DNA of 63,271 nucleotides, the filler included, from Octopus bimaculoides (lineage: Eukaryota), in assembly GCF_001194135.2 (NCBI RefSeq). It is 3 parts of 3 records of this genome, joined end to end, with 100 filler letters (N's around TTAATTAATTAA, not from the genome) between each part and the next. Parts side by side here need not be neighbours in the genome. Positions count along the whole stretch, not along the records: positions 1 to 29,983 come from NC_068982.1; 2 more parts are not named here. One strand, 5' to 3'. Numbering within the stretch: position 1 is the first letter of the stretch; every line of letters starts with the position of its first letter. Both the position numbers and the translations under genes were made by a program. Positions 11,380-21,150 of the stretch are shown one piece after another. A model generated the notes under the pieces. That model did no database searches. It was not told the DNA's origin and worked only from the letters and a program-made list of their open reading frames with translations.

Positions 11380-11710
11380 TTATTTAATCGACTCTGGAAC
11401 GATGTCAGGCAAAGTTGAACTTCACTGGGATTTGGAATTGGAGCATTAAAAGACATAGCTAATTACCGCGTAGCATTTTGTCCAGCACCTCTTTATATTC
11501 TGATTTCAAATTCCAGCCAGGATTATTTTTGCCTTTCATTCTCCCAGGGTCGTTCGGAATGAAAAAATAAAAAGACATTATTAACAATCGCATATTTTGT
11601 TTGACACCGTTTTACATTTTAATTTTGAATCCCAGCCAAAACCAACTTTGCCTTTCGTTCTTCCAGGGTCGATAAAAAAACAGCTTCAGTGAAATACTGA
11701 GGATCTGTAT
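11380..11710. mobile_element. Cluster of degenerate family C SINE fragments
   Basis: Two plus-strand gcctttc.ttct.ccagggtcg motifs (about 11530 and 11650) and a minus-strand fragment at about 11400-11480. Confidence 0.55.
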
Positions 11711-12289
11711 AATTGCTTATAATTCTACTTCTCTCCTCAGCAACAATATGAGGTGTTATATATATTCAATAAAGGATGTTATCTTAATTTCAGTATTAAC
11801 ACAAGCTTCTATATTTGACAAGAAATTTTACTCAGTCATCTTCTCTTATCCTTGTTTTCCCCCAGGATAAGCATCTGACTTGCTTTGTAACAAGCAATAC
11901 GTATTTCTGTACAGGGATAAAATTATCAAGAACGCATAGATACCCCACAAAATTTATCTTGGTTTATACTTTTACCGGTTCTCGCAAGCGATACCATCTC
12001 ATAAACTGAAACCTTCCCCTCTCTTAACGTGTCTATCAACATGAAAAACATACCATTATCACTACCACTGTAACTATGAGTCACAATCCCTCCTACTGCT
12101 AATGCTTTCCTACAGTAGCATCATGTATAATAACAATCACCACTATCATTCTAAAAAAAATTACCATTATTGCTGTCACCACTTTTACACTCAACGCTGG
12201 AAAATTAAAAATACTGCTGCCAACACGTATAGCACCTTCACCATAACCGTCAACTCTATAATAAGTCACTCGGCCATCAAGATGTAGCA

Positions 12290-12430
12290 GCCATATCTAC
12301 GGCATATGAAACCCTACAGCCTTAAAAGATAGACGCACTTAATGAATACTATATGAAACAAAATGCGGGCTTTGTTGTAGGTCTGTTCAATCAGGGCTAC
12401 ACTAAAGTTAGACAACAACAACAACACTAT
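12290..12430 (+). mobile_element. Retroposon 3' tail ending in (AAC)n (family F)
   Basis: gtaggtctgttcaatcagggct...gacaacaacaacaac; similar to 12790-12950 and 20955-21150. Confidence 0.5.
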
Positions 12431-12504
12431 CAACAGTTCACTGTTTAGCATGAAAAGTAGTGTTTTCTAGCATAGATTTTAAAGTTCAAATTTGTGACAT
12501 CATT

Positions 12505-12650
12505 ATAAGGAATTATTCTGACCCGAGTTGACTAGTACTTATCAATTCAGGTAGGGCAAAAGAAAAAGTGGTTTGATTTGAACTCAAAACATAGTGTCGT
12601 AACTAAATATCTCAAAACATTTTGTCCGACTCCCTAACAATTCCGTCAGC
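12505..12650 (-). mobile_element. Degenerate family C SINE
   Basis: actagtacttatcaa...gggcaaaag...tttgaactcaaaac...cattttgtccgactccctaacaattc. Confidence 0.55.
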
Positions 12651-12789
12651 AGTGCCACTTGCCGCATGTCCATGTTACATCAACGATGGTTCATAGCTAA
12701 TACTAGCACCACAAATCACTACTTCTACAGACCCACTGCCAGCAATCGTAATTAATTCTACTAATACTTGAGACAAATGAGTGAGTTCC

Positions 12790-12950
12790 TTTGTGATCGC
12801 TCGATCTGCAAGAAATAGCAAATAATCTCCTGCTGAATAGTTTCACCCCAACTACATAGTGTCTTGAAGAAAAAAGACGGAGTGATCATGGCTGGAGCGT
12901 CTTTGATCATTGATCTGCTCGACTGTGGCTCATGGGAAAACAAGAACAAC
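12790..12950 (+). mobile_element. Family F retroposon tail
   Basis: aaaaaagacggagtgatcatggctggagcgtctttgatcattgatctgctcgac...aacaagaacaac. Confidence 0.55.
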
Positions 12951-13139
12951 CAATCCGTCGCAACACAAACTCTGATAACAACCAAGACAACCGCTAAATT
13001 CACCAAATCCAGCACATTATTCAGTTTGCATGAAATAACAGCTAAATAACTCTCAAACCAGACGGCTTTCTTTAAAAAAAAGAAACATAAATATTAGATA
13101 ATAAAAACATATACACCAGGAAAACAAAGGACAATTGCG

Positions 13140-13260
13140 GGGCGTCGGGGACGCCTGGAATAGCTTTAGTGACGTCTGCTTGATCAGCATCGACTTGGGA
13201 ATAGACAACTGCAATCCAGTAGCATCACTAACATCAATGCAACAATCTACACCAACATCA
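13140..13260 (+). mobile_element. Family F retroposon tail, degenerate
   Basis: cctggaatagcttt...gtctgcttgatcagcatcgacttggg..tagacaac followed by a decayed AAC-rich tract. Confidence 0.4.
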
Positions 13261-13764
13261 AATCCACTTCTATTTTTAAATGTCATAACAGTATCATCAT
13301 AAGAAGTGCTTCGTTTATAGAAATGCAACAACAAAAATACTCATTCAGGACAAATAATTTCCTCACGGAAATGAATTTAGATTGAACTGAAATATAAAGC
13401 TAGACCAATCAGATAAACACTCTTCAAATACAGCTCATAAAACAAGATCTTCGAAAACCTAAACACTAAAAATTGATGTTATAAAACATTTAAACATCAG
13501 AAAATATTCATCCGCTCTTGGCAACGACAATCTTTTTACCTATGCCATGAAGCTTTTTGAATTTGGCGAACTAATTACTCAGATTGATACAATGTTCTGT
13601 ATTTATTGTAAAGGAAGGAAATTTGTCTTAAAAAGAAAATGTTAATTTTAAAATTTTCTGGTGATCATTAGTGTAATGAAAGAATAAGAAAACAATAAAA
13701 TAATCAGTTGATTGGCAGATCTTGCCGTCAATGTAACGCGAAATCTGCCAATTATATCCTCCTA

Positions 13765-13908
13765 TTATAGACACAAGGCCTGAAATTTGGGGGAAGAGGG
13801 CTAGTATTCAACTGGTACTTATTTATCAACTCAGAAAAAACAAAGTCGACCTCGGTGGAATTTTAACTCAGAACGTAAAACCGAAAGAAATGCCGCTAAG
13901 CATTTTGT
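13765..13908 (-). mobile_element. Family C SINE
   Basis: cacaaggcctgaaatttggggg...actggtacttatttatc...caaagtcgacctcggtggaattttaactcagaacgtaaa...gctaagcatttt. Confidence 0.75.
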
Positions 13909-14214
13909 TCTGTTACAAGTAAGGCTGCAGAAGACAGTGACACCCTCGGAGGGAAATGATCATGGACACATCCCCTTCCTCAAAGCGAAAACTGTAAGAT
14001 AGATAGCAAATGAGAGGATTCTAATGCTATTCGTCTCTCGCACATCCTCTTAGAAGATCTTGCTACGCTCCAAACCGACATATATTTTCAGTAAAATTAA
14101 CGTCAGCCTCCTGTTATTCTTCACTTGCTTGACTCGACCACTCATAAAAGTTGAAGCGACCACGTAGAGGTTTCCTCGATGACTTCAGGAATATGTTGCG
14201 GCTATTGTTGTTCT

Positions 14215-14430
14215 TATTATTGGTGCTGCTTATCCCTGGAGATGTCTGAAGAAACAGACATGTTAGAAAACCAACCCATCTGTAACCATATTATCTTTAT
14301 TTCAGACACACTGCGTATCTGACACTACGTTATTCAATATGTCCTTCCGAACTTTTAAGACGTTAGGGTGAGCTTTGAAGGAAACTTGACGTCTATTTCT
14401 AAAGGATCGATCAACCACACAGAGGTTACA
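14215..14430 (-). mobile_element. Family F retroposon tail, degenerate
   Basis: Begins with a decayed (GTT)n; tgtccttcc...ttttaagac...gagctttgaaggaaacttgac..ctatttct is the reverse of the family F body. Confidence 0.45.
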
Positions 14431-14905
14431 TCAATGGCTCTGGAATTATTCCATTACAACATCCGGCGCAGTCAGTAGGATAAGAAACATTAGTAGAATA
14501 TATGTCAACACTTGTGAAAAGGCATGAGTATACTGCTGTGCATGATATCTAACCAAGACGTCATCATGGTGGTACTGTAGTTTGGGTATGGCTTGATGGC
14601 TGAAACTAGTTGAACACCACCACCTGGTAACATGTTTGTATGTGTGACACACACGCATATATATATATATATATATATATACTCTAATCCTTTTGAGATC
14701 TCAGAAAATTTTTTCTGAATCTTCTGATTCTTTTAATGTGCTGGTTTCCTGGTATTAAATTGATATTAATTAATATCAATTTTTTACCCTATTATGTTAA
14801 TTAACCATATATATATATATATATANNNNNNNNNNNNNNNNNNNNNNNNNNNNNNNNNNNNNNNNNNNNNNNNNNNNNNNNNNNNNNNNNNNNNNNNNNN
14901 NNNNN

Positions 14906-15020
14906 AGAGAGAGAAAGAGGAGAGAGAGAAAGAGGAGAGAGAGAAAGAGGAGAGAGAGAAAGAGGAGAGAGAGAAAGAGGAGAGAGAGAAAGAGGAGAGA
15001 GAGAAAGAGGAGAGAGAGAA
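14906..15020. repeat. 15-bp minisatellite (AGAGAGAGAAAGAGG) x7 plus a partial unit
   Basis: Direct reading; the left end runs into a gap. Confidence 0.95.
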
Positions 15021-15807
15021 AAATAGATAGACAGACACAGACGGACAGGCAGACAGAGAAGGATGGAGCGAGAGTAGAGAAAGCGAGACATCAGTTGGTT
15101 ATATAATTTACATTGTACTCTTTAACTGTCTCTGTTAACTGCACTGGTTTCATCATTGTCGTCATCATCATCATCGTCATCCTTCATATTAATATATTTA
15201 TCATTATTAATATTACTAAAACTATTGTTAATATTTCTACAATCATTTACTTTTTTTTCACTTTAATCTAAGTTGGCTTATAGGGTCATTTCATTTAATC
15301 CTCTGGCCTATGTTCAATAAACTCCGCAGATTACCGATTGAAACACACACACACAGACAAACACACTCACACACCGAGAAACACACACAAATACAGATTC
15401 TATGAAAAGAAAGAAGAAAAACGACAGTCTTCTCCATGATTTTTTTCCTACTAGTTTATCTGCTATAAAATTTTCTTTTCATTAGAAGTAAATCTCTTCT
15501 GACTGCCTTTCAAGTTGATACTTAAAAAGAAATGTTTTATGATCTGACTATAAAAATCTACTGCAGCCGTCGTATTTGTCTTCTTTTTAATCTATATTTT
15601 ACTTTTATAATCTGTCTCTCTCTAACTCTCTTTATATCTATACATCGCTTCTCTCTTCTTTCTTTCTATTTTATTAATTTATATCGCTTCAGCTACCTAA
15701 CATATTTTCTTTTAGCTTGTTTTCTTAAATATATTTTGTTTTAGAAATTTTAGTCTCTCTTTGTAGCATCCTCTCTGCCTGTCTCTGTCAGCTTCTTTCC
15801 CCTCTCC

Positions 15808-15861
<54 letters not shown>

Positions 15862-15984
15862 CTCTCTCGCTCTTTCTCTCTTTCTCTCTCTCTTTCTCAC
15901 ACTTTCTGTCTTTCCGATTATAATCTCATTTGTTTTTCTAATGATCTGTTTATAGCTTGTTTTATACACGCGCGCGTGCGTGTG

Positions 15985-16175
15985 TGTTTATGTTTGTCCT
16001 CCATTACTACTTGACAACTAATGTTATTTTGTAACGTAGCTGTTCGGCAAAAAGTGACAGATGGAGTAACATGCTTAAAATAATAAGTACAGGTTCGATT
16101 TGTTCGACTAAACCCTTTAAGGCGCTGCCCCAGCATGGACTCAGTACAATAACTGAAACCAGTAGAAAATAAAAG
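15985..16175 (+). mobile_element. SINE 3' module (family A tail)
   Basis: gtttgtcctcc...cttgacaac...gttcggcaaaa...gttcgatttgttcgactaaa...aaggcgctgccccagcatgg..cagt...actgaaac.agta.aa. Confidence 0.75.
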
Positions 16176-16462
16176 AGAAAGATAACTAAATCATTTAATC
16201 CAGCCTATTGAACAGGCAATAGTCTCTGTGTGTAAGATGTTTTCTCATTTCAGAGTCACAACCATTCAAGGCTAATCCAGGCAAAATGACCTTCCAGCAT
16301 TTGAAAATAGCAATCCAGCATGTATTTAATGTGGTTTCATTCATTTCATAAAATGCCTTTGTTGTTATTTTCATTCACTGAGGGGTTTTTTTTTTATATA
16401 TACCTCTGAAACAGTTGCCAGGTTTTCTTCCATATCATCCATATTTTTTTTTGGAATGCTTA

Positions 16463-16896
16463 CCATCCTGGCTCTCCGTCGGTTACGAGAACGAGGCTTC
16501 CAGTTGATCCGATCAACGGAACAGCATATTTGTGAAATTAACGTGCAAGTGGCTGAGCACTCCACAGACATGCGTACCCTTAACGTAGTTTCCATGAAGA
16601 TTCACCGTTAGACAGTGTGACAAGCCTGGCCTTTTGAATTACAGGTACAACTCGTTTTTGCCAGCTGTGTGGGCTGGAGAAACGAGAAATAAAGTGTATT
16701 CGTACTGAAAATCGAGATCGAGCGAGCTTTTGTCCTTTTGCTCGACGTGTGGTTACCGTCCACGCTGAGCTCGCCTTGGGACACCTGCGTTACCGTTTGA
16801 CAGACGTACCGCAAGGACACAACGCGTCGCCGGAAATCGAACTCACGATCTTACGGTCACGGGCCAAATACCCTAGCCAGTAATCCACACACCTTC
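16463..16896 (-). mobile_element. tRNA-derived SINE (family D) inserted in Tigger
   Basis: Head on the minus strand (gaaggtgtgtgg...gagttcgatttcc...gttgtgtccttg, CORE-like). Body module shared with 19880-19995. Confidence 0.85.
16695..16812 (-). rRNA. 28S: 28S (LSU) rRNA fragment, 118 nt, embedded in a SINE (not a functional gene)
   Basis: Reverse complement gcggtacgtctgtcaaacggtaacgcaggtgtcccaaggcgagctcagcgtggacggtaaccacacgtcgagcaaaaggacaaaagctcgctcgatctcgattttcagtacgaataca matches the conserved eukaryotic LSU segment GCGGTACACCTGTCAAACGGTAACGCAGGTGTCCTAAGGCGAGCTCAG...AAAAGCTCGCTTGATCTTGATTTTCAGTACGAATACA. Confidence 0.92.
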
Positions 16897-17778
16897 TGTG
16901 TAACATAGCTTTTCATAAAATTACAAGTTACGTGTTGATCTAATCGTTGAGTAAGTGGCGTAGTATTACTAAGAGGTAAGAACAGAACTTTAAAGTTAGA
17001 ACTTTTTAATCACAGGGATGAGATGGAGCGTTATTAATTAGTAATAACATTTTGAAGTTAATACTCTTGCTTTTGAGTAAATGTCTGTTTCAAAAACAAA
17101 GTTTTCATAAAACCAGTTATCAAATATTGTAGCAGTCATCCATGTTTTATAATTCGCACGTCAGTCAACGGTGAAGTTTATTTTCATTGAATCCTTTCAA
17201 TTCACATGGATTAATAGCACCATTAATTAATAATGACGTTATGAAACTGTCACCTAATGCATTATAGCATATTAATAATGCCATTCGATCTTCAGGTACT
17301 TTGAATTCGCTAACCGTTAACTTTCTGTTCTTGGAATAAAATTTTTCTTAGGCAATTTCTTCCAGAACAAACTGATTTCATTAGCATTAAATATTTGTTT
17401 TAAAGGAACAGAACTTTAATTATTTAGCTAATTGTGGTGCAAATTTTACCGTAGTTTTCTTATGGCTTGATCTACTTTTGCCATGCATATTCATATAATG
17501 AAAGTCTGATTTATAAAACAAAATTCAAGCCATCACCTTATCCTAGAAAATACAGGTCGTAATTGATAAGATGTTTGATTAGTGAAGCATTTCCTCGTCC
17601 ATATTTTTAAGAGGTCATGGGCCAACGGGTTTTGGGACCTGACAATACACCATAAAGCCAAACCTTTTATGAACGAGAAGTCTAAGGTAATCCCATAAAC
17701 CGGCCTTCCCTATTTTTAATATATACTGCTCTACATCTTAGAGTGTGCTTCTTCCTTCGGATTTATGTTCTTTGCAAA

Positions 17779-17811
<33 letters not shown>

Positions 17812-17817
<6 letters not shown>

Positions 17818-18226
17818 CAGAATTAGGTAAGTTGAAATATGTTTGTTACATATTTCAACTGCTAAAAGGCAAATACACTACAGTTACCGTGGAGAAAAAT
17901 CTCTCACGTAGTAAAAATGTGTGAAAACACCTGGTTCGTTCAGTGGCGCCATCTATTAGTAATCCCAGACATCAATTTGTCGAGTGTTTTGACTCTTGTC
18001 AATGAGATATACCTAAGAGAGGCAACTCTGAACGAACTTAAGCTGTAGCTTTATTTATAATTCAGTGAACATGTTCACTGATGTGAGCTCGTAAAGCGAA
18101 CCGGATGTTTTCACACCTTTTTACCACAAGAGACATTTTTTTCTCCGCGATAACTGTAGTGTATTTGGCCTTTAAGCAGTTGAAATATGTGACAAACATA
18201 TTTCATCTAACCTAATTCTGCTTATA
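17812..18226. mobile_element. Non-autonomous element with about 125-bp TIRs and TA termini
   Basis: tataagcagaattagg...gtgtgaaaacacctggttcg at left is the reverse complement of cgaaccggatgttttcacacc...cctaattctgcttata at right. The left TIR holds an 11-bp hairpin; there is a central 20-bp palindrome at 18062-18081. Confidence 0.85.
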
Positions 18227-18291
18227 CTTACACATTGCTTCGCACTGACATTTCGTTATTTACGTCGCTCGGGCGATCTACTAGCGCAAAT

Positions 18292-18493
18292 CAGTCAACG
18301 TGTTCACTGAATTATATATAAAGCTATGGCTTTATTAAGTTCGTTCAGAGTTGCATCTGTTAGGTACATCTCTTTGACAAGAGTAAAAAAACTCGAAACA
18401 TCGATGTCTGAGATTCCTAATAGATGGAAACACTGAACAAATCGGGTGTTTTCACACCGTTTTACCATAAGAGAGATTGTTTTCTCCGCGGTA
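18292..18493 (-). mobile_element. Second, partial, inverted copy of the 17812-18226 element
   Basis: Reverse complement aligns to about 17885-18080; truncated at a (GTAT)n tract. Confidence 0.8.
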
Positions 18494-18515
18494 TGTATGT
18501 ATGTATGTATGTATG

Positions 18516-18548
<33 letters not shown>

Positions 18549-18550
18549 TA

Positions 18551-19175
18551 GCATCATTGGAGACAAGTTGAGATGACATCTAATGGAATTGAGATGACAT
18601 CTAATGCCTATGTTGTCCTTGTGGAGAATAATTTTAAGCCATGGTTGAAGAAGCAGAAAGTTTCATTAAAGAGAACGCTGATATTCATGCAAGATAATGC
18701 GCCCTCCCGTGCAGCTAAGAAATCTCTGGAATACCCACAGCAATTAGGCTTCTCTGGACACCGTCTGATGAAGTGGCCAGCGTATTCACCCGACTTAAAC
18801 CCGATCGAAAATCTATGGAGTGTTCTGAAGAGGAAGATATATCAAAATGGACGGCAATTTTCAACGAAAGATGCACTCTGGGAAGCTATTGTGGATGCTG
18901 CTGACAGTATTACACCAGATGAAATATTTACCTTGACAAATTCAATGGATAAACGTGTCGGGGACGCTCTCTCATGTGGAGGATCCTACATCCATCATTA
19001 AGAACTTTATGACGTCATATTTCTTGTATTATTTCCATTCAAACATATTATTACGTTCATTATAAAGTCCGTTATGATTATATTTGTTGCTAAAAATTAA
19101 TTGTCGCATTAATTAAATGTTTGATTTTGAATAATTGGCATTTTTATTAGACCTACCTAATAATGTAGGACGGTA
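18551..19175 (+). mobile_element. Tc1-family DD37E (TRT-like) transposon, 3' half
   Basis: Begins GIIGDKL..GIEMTS and contains ORF 18573-19001. The right boundary is approximate because no TIR was clearly identified. Confidence 0.8.
18573..19001 (+). pseudogene. Tc1-like transposase C-terminal fragment, D37E spacing
   Basis: FMQDNAPSRAAK...WPAYSPDLNPIENLWSVLKRKIYQNGRQF; 37 residues counted between the second D and E. No N-terminal half present. Confidence 0.9.
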
Positions 19176-19539
19176 AAAATGAGGCCTATTAACAAAAGTG
19201 ACCATTGTTTCTTTATGTATGGGTGGATCAGATTTATTTTGGTACAGTACATGCAGATGGGTGTTATCATCATGCAGTGGGAAAATATCTGGATTCGAAC
19301 GAATAATATCCTGTTACTGCAAAAACACTGAGCTGCCTAATAATTTGACATGCAGTGTGTATATATATATATATATATTTGTTCATAGAAAAACATGTAA
19401 TCGTTACCAATATAGCAAGAGATTTCACCGCAAAAAGTCTAAAGTAGACTCCTTTAGGATCGTTCTCCTTGGTTATATATCCAAAGTTTTAAATTTAAAG
19501 GAGAGTTTTGACGCTAATATCCATTATTATTTAAATTTA

Positions 19540-19627
19540 TTCCTATGTCAACATTTCTGTATAAGGCTATGTTTGATTTAAATTTGACAGTCAAATATAG
19601 CCTTATAAAGAAATGTTGACATAGGAA
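19540..19627. repeat. 88-bp near-perfect hairpin (39-nt arms, 10-nt loop)
   Basis: ttcctatgtcaacatttctgtataaggctatgtttgatt / agtcaaatatagccttataaagaaatgttgacataggaa; 36 of 39 Watson-Crick pairs, two G.U, one mismatch. Confidence 0.92.
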
Positions 19628-19692
<65 letters not shown>

Positions 19693-19694
<2 letters not shown>

Positions 19695-20173
19695 GACCCC
19701 TTCGGTCATGAATGACCATAGGATTGCACCTAGAAAGTTACCCTCCCAGGGTAAGTTTCTGGGCAAGGTTGTTTATGGGAGACCAGCAGTCGCCCATGCA
19801 TACCAGTCTCCCCTCTCCACGCCACCGATGTTATCCAAGGGAAAGGCTAAGGCCGATACAGCTTGGCACCAGTGACGTCGCAGCTCATTTATTAACGTGC
19901 AAGTAGCTGAGCACTCCACAGACACGTGTACCCTTAACGTAGTTCTCGGGCAGATTCAGCGTGACACGGAATGTGACAAGGCTGGCCCTTTGAAATACAG
20001 GTACAACAGAAACATGAAGAAAGAGTGAGAGAAAGTTGTGGTGGAAGAGTACAGCAGGATTCACCACCACTCCCTGTCTCGCTCAATAAACACTCACAAT
20101 GCCCGGTCTGGGAATCGAAACCGCGATTCTACGACCACGAGTCCGCTGCCCTAACTACCGGGCCATTGCGCCT

Positions 20174-20176
<3 letters not shown>
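19693..20176 (-). mobile_element. Composite tRNA-derived SINE with an RTE-like 3' tail
   Basis: Minus-strand head tggaggcgcaatggcccggtagttag...ggtttcgattcccagaccggg; central module shared with 16528-16650; tail ...ctaggtgcaatcctatggtcattcatgaccgaagggtcac. The RTE assignment is recalled. Confidence 0.8.
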
Positions 20177-20240
<64 letters not shown>

Positions 20241-20305
20241 CTGTTGTGTCCTTATAATTTAACACACTCACCGGTAAAACTTCCACTTATTTCTTATTTA
20301 TTTTT

Positions 20306-20342
20306 CTAAAATTTTCGTTGCGTCTTGCAACCTTTTCAATAG
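20306..20342 (-). ncRNA. Minimal hammerhead-like motif, U3-A8 variant
   Basis: CUA-UUGAAAA-G-GUUGC(aagac)GCAAC-GAAA-AU-UU-UAG. Stem I 3 bp, perfect 5-bp stem II, palindromic AAUU at helix III. Confidence 0.55.
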
Positions 20343-20699
20343 TCTTAACTATTATAAGGCACAAAAAGAAAATGACTCTCCCCAGACACAGTAAAACATG
20401 CTTCAACACACGAACTCACATAAAGAATCTTGCAAGCCAAATCCAAAAACGAAATATATATATATTCTCACATATTCTACACATGTTTAAATAACCCGAC
20501 TAGTAAATTACTGTCATAAAATACTTGTTTCATTGATACACTGTATTACAGCGTATACCTTTTGATAGATTTCAGCCAACACGGTATGAATGGACTCACG
20601 TAATAAATCCCGTCTTTATAGACAGCATCTAAGTTAGTCAACGGAATCATTTCTAACTGTGCTACAAGGCCACATAATCTTTCATGCTGTCAGCAATAC

Positions 20700-20850
20700 A
20701 GTTGATACCAATACTTATCTGGTATTTATTACAGAGACCTTTGATTGTTTGAAATACAATGTTAATCCTGGTAGATCTGAACGCCGAACATAGAAGAACG
20801 CAGTTAAATGCCGAATATTTTGTCCGGTGCGCTATTGATTGTGATTATTC
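20700..20850 (-). mobile_element. Degenerate family C SINE
   Basis: ctggtatttatt...agatctgaacgccgaac...gaatattttgtccggtgcgcta..gatt. Confidence 0.5.
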
Positions 20851-20954
20851 GCAACTCTAATTTAGATTAAATAGTTTTTATTCTTGGTTGGAAGGCCATT
20901 CTTAAAGTGAAAAGAGCATAAAGAAATTAATTGTATACCTAGCTATACAATTGT

Positions 20955-21150
20955 AGAAGTAGCAGTCAAAACTCCTTCATCATACATCCTTCTGTCTTAA
21001 ATAAAGAAGTAGAGTGTTTATATTCGGCAATGAATTTTTAGATACACTGTCGGTAAAAAAAATTAAAACTGGTCGCAGCTAGAATGCTTTTTTATCATAA
21101 ACCTGATGGCTTACCGGCAACTAAGTCAACAACAACAGCAACAACAGTGT
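20955..21150 (+). mobile_element. Family F retroposon tail with (AAC)n end
   Basis: tagcagtcaaaactccttc...gtcttaaa...tagatacactgtc...ggtcgcagctagaatgc..tt.atcata...aacaacaacagcaacaac. Confidence 0.55.

Larger units (their letters stand above)
16205..17560 (-). mobile_element. pogo/Tigger transposase remnant, interrupted by a SINE
   Basis: Minus-strand translation with frameshifts: HGKSRSS...FAPQLAK; KQIFNANEISLFWKKLPKKNFI; FKVPEDRMALLICYNALGD; KTWMTATIFDNWF; FKMLLLINNAPSHP; KVLFLPLSNTTPLTQRLDQHVTCNFMKSY; and beyond the SINE, NETTLNTCW. These match pogo DDE_1 motifs (QIFNADE, LLLDNAPSHP, FLPPNTT..QPLDQ). Confidence 0.88.

Noticed and set aside
12761-13068. Minus-strand ORF with a signal-peptide-like start and an acceptor-like site
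   Set aside because: The 'start' is a GTG and the sequence is largely the antisense of a family F retroposon tail.
14906-15020. Regularly spaced repeats as a possible CRISPR array
   Set aside because: No unique spacers, purine minisatellite, eukaryotic context; no CRISPR or cas signal anywhere in the window.
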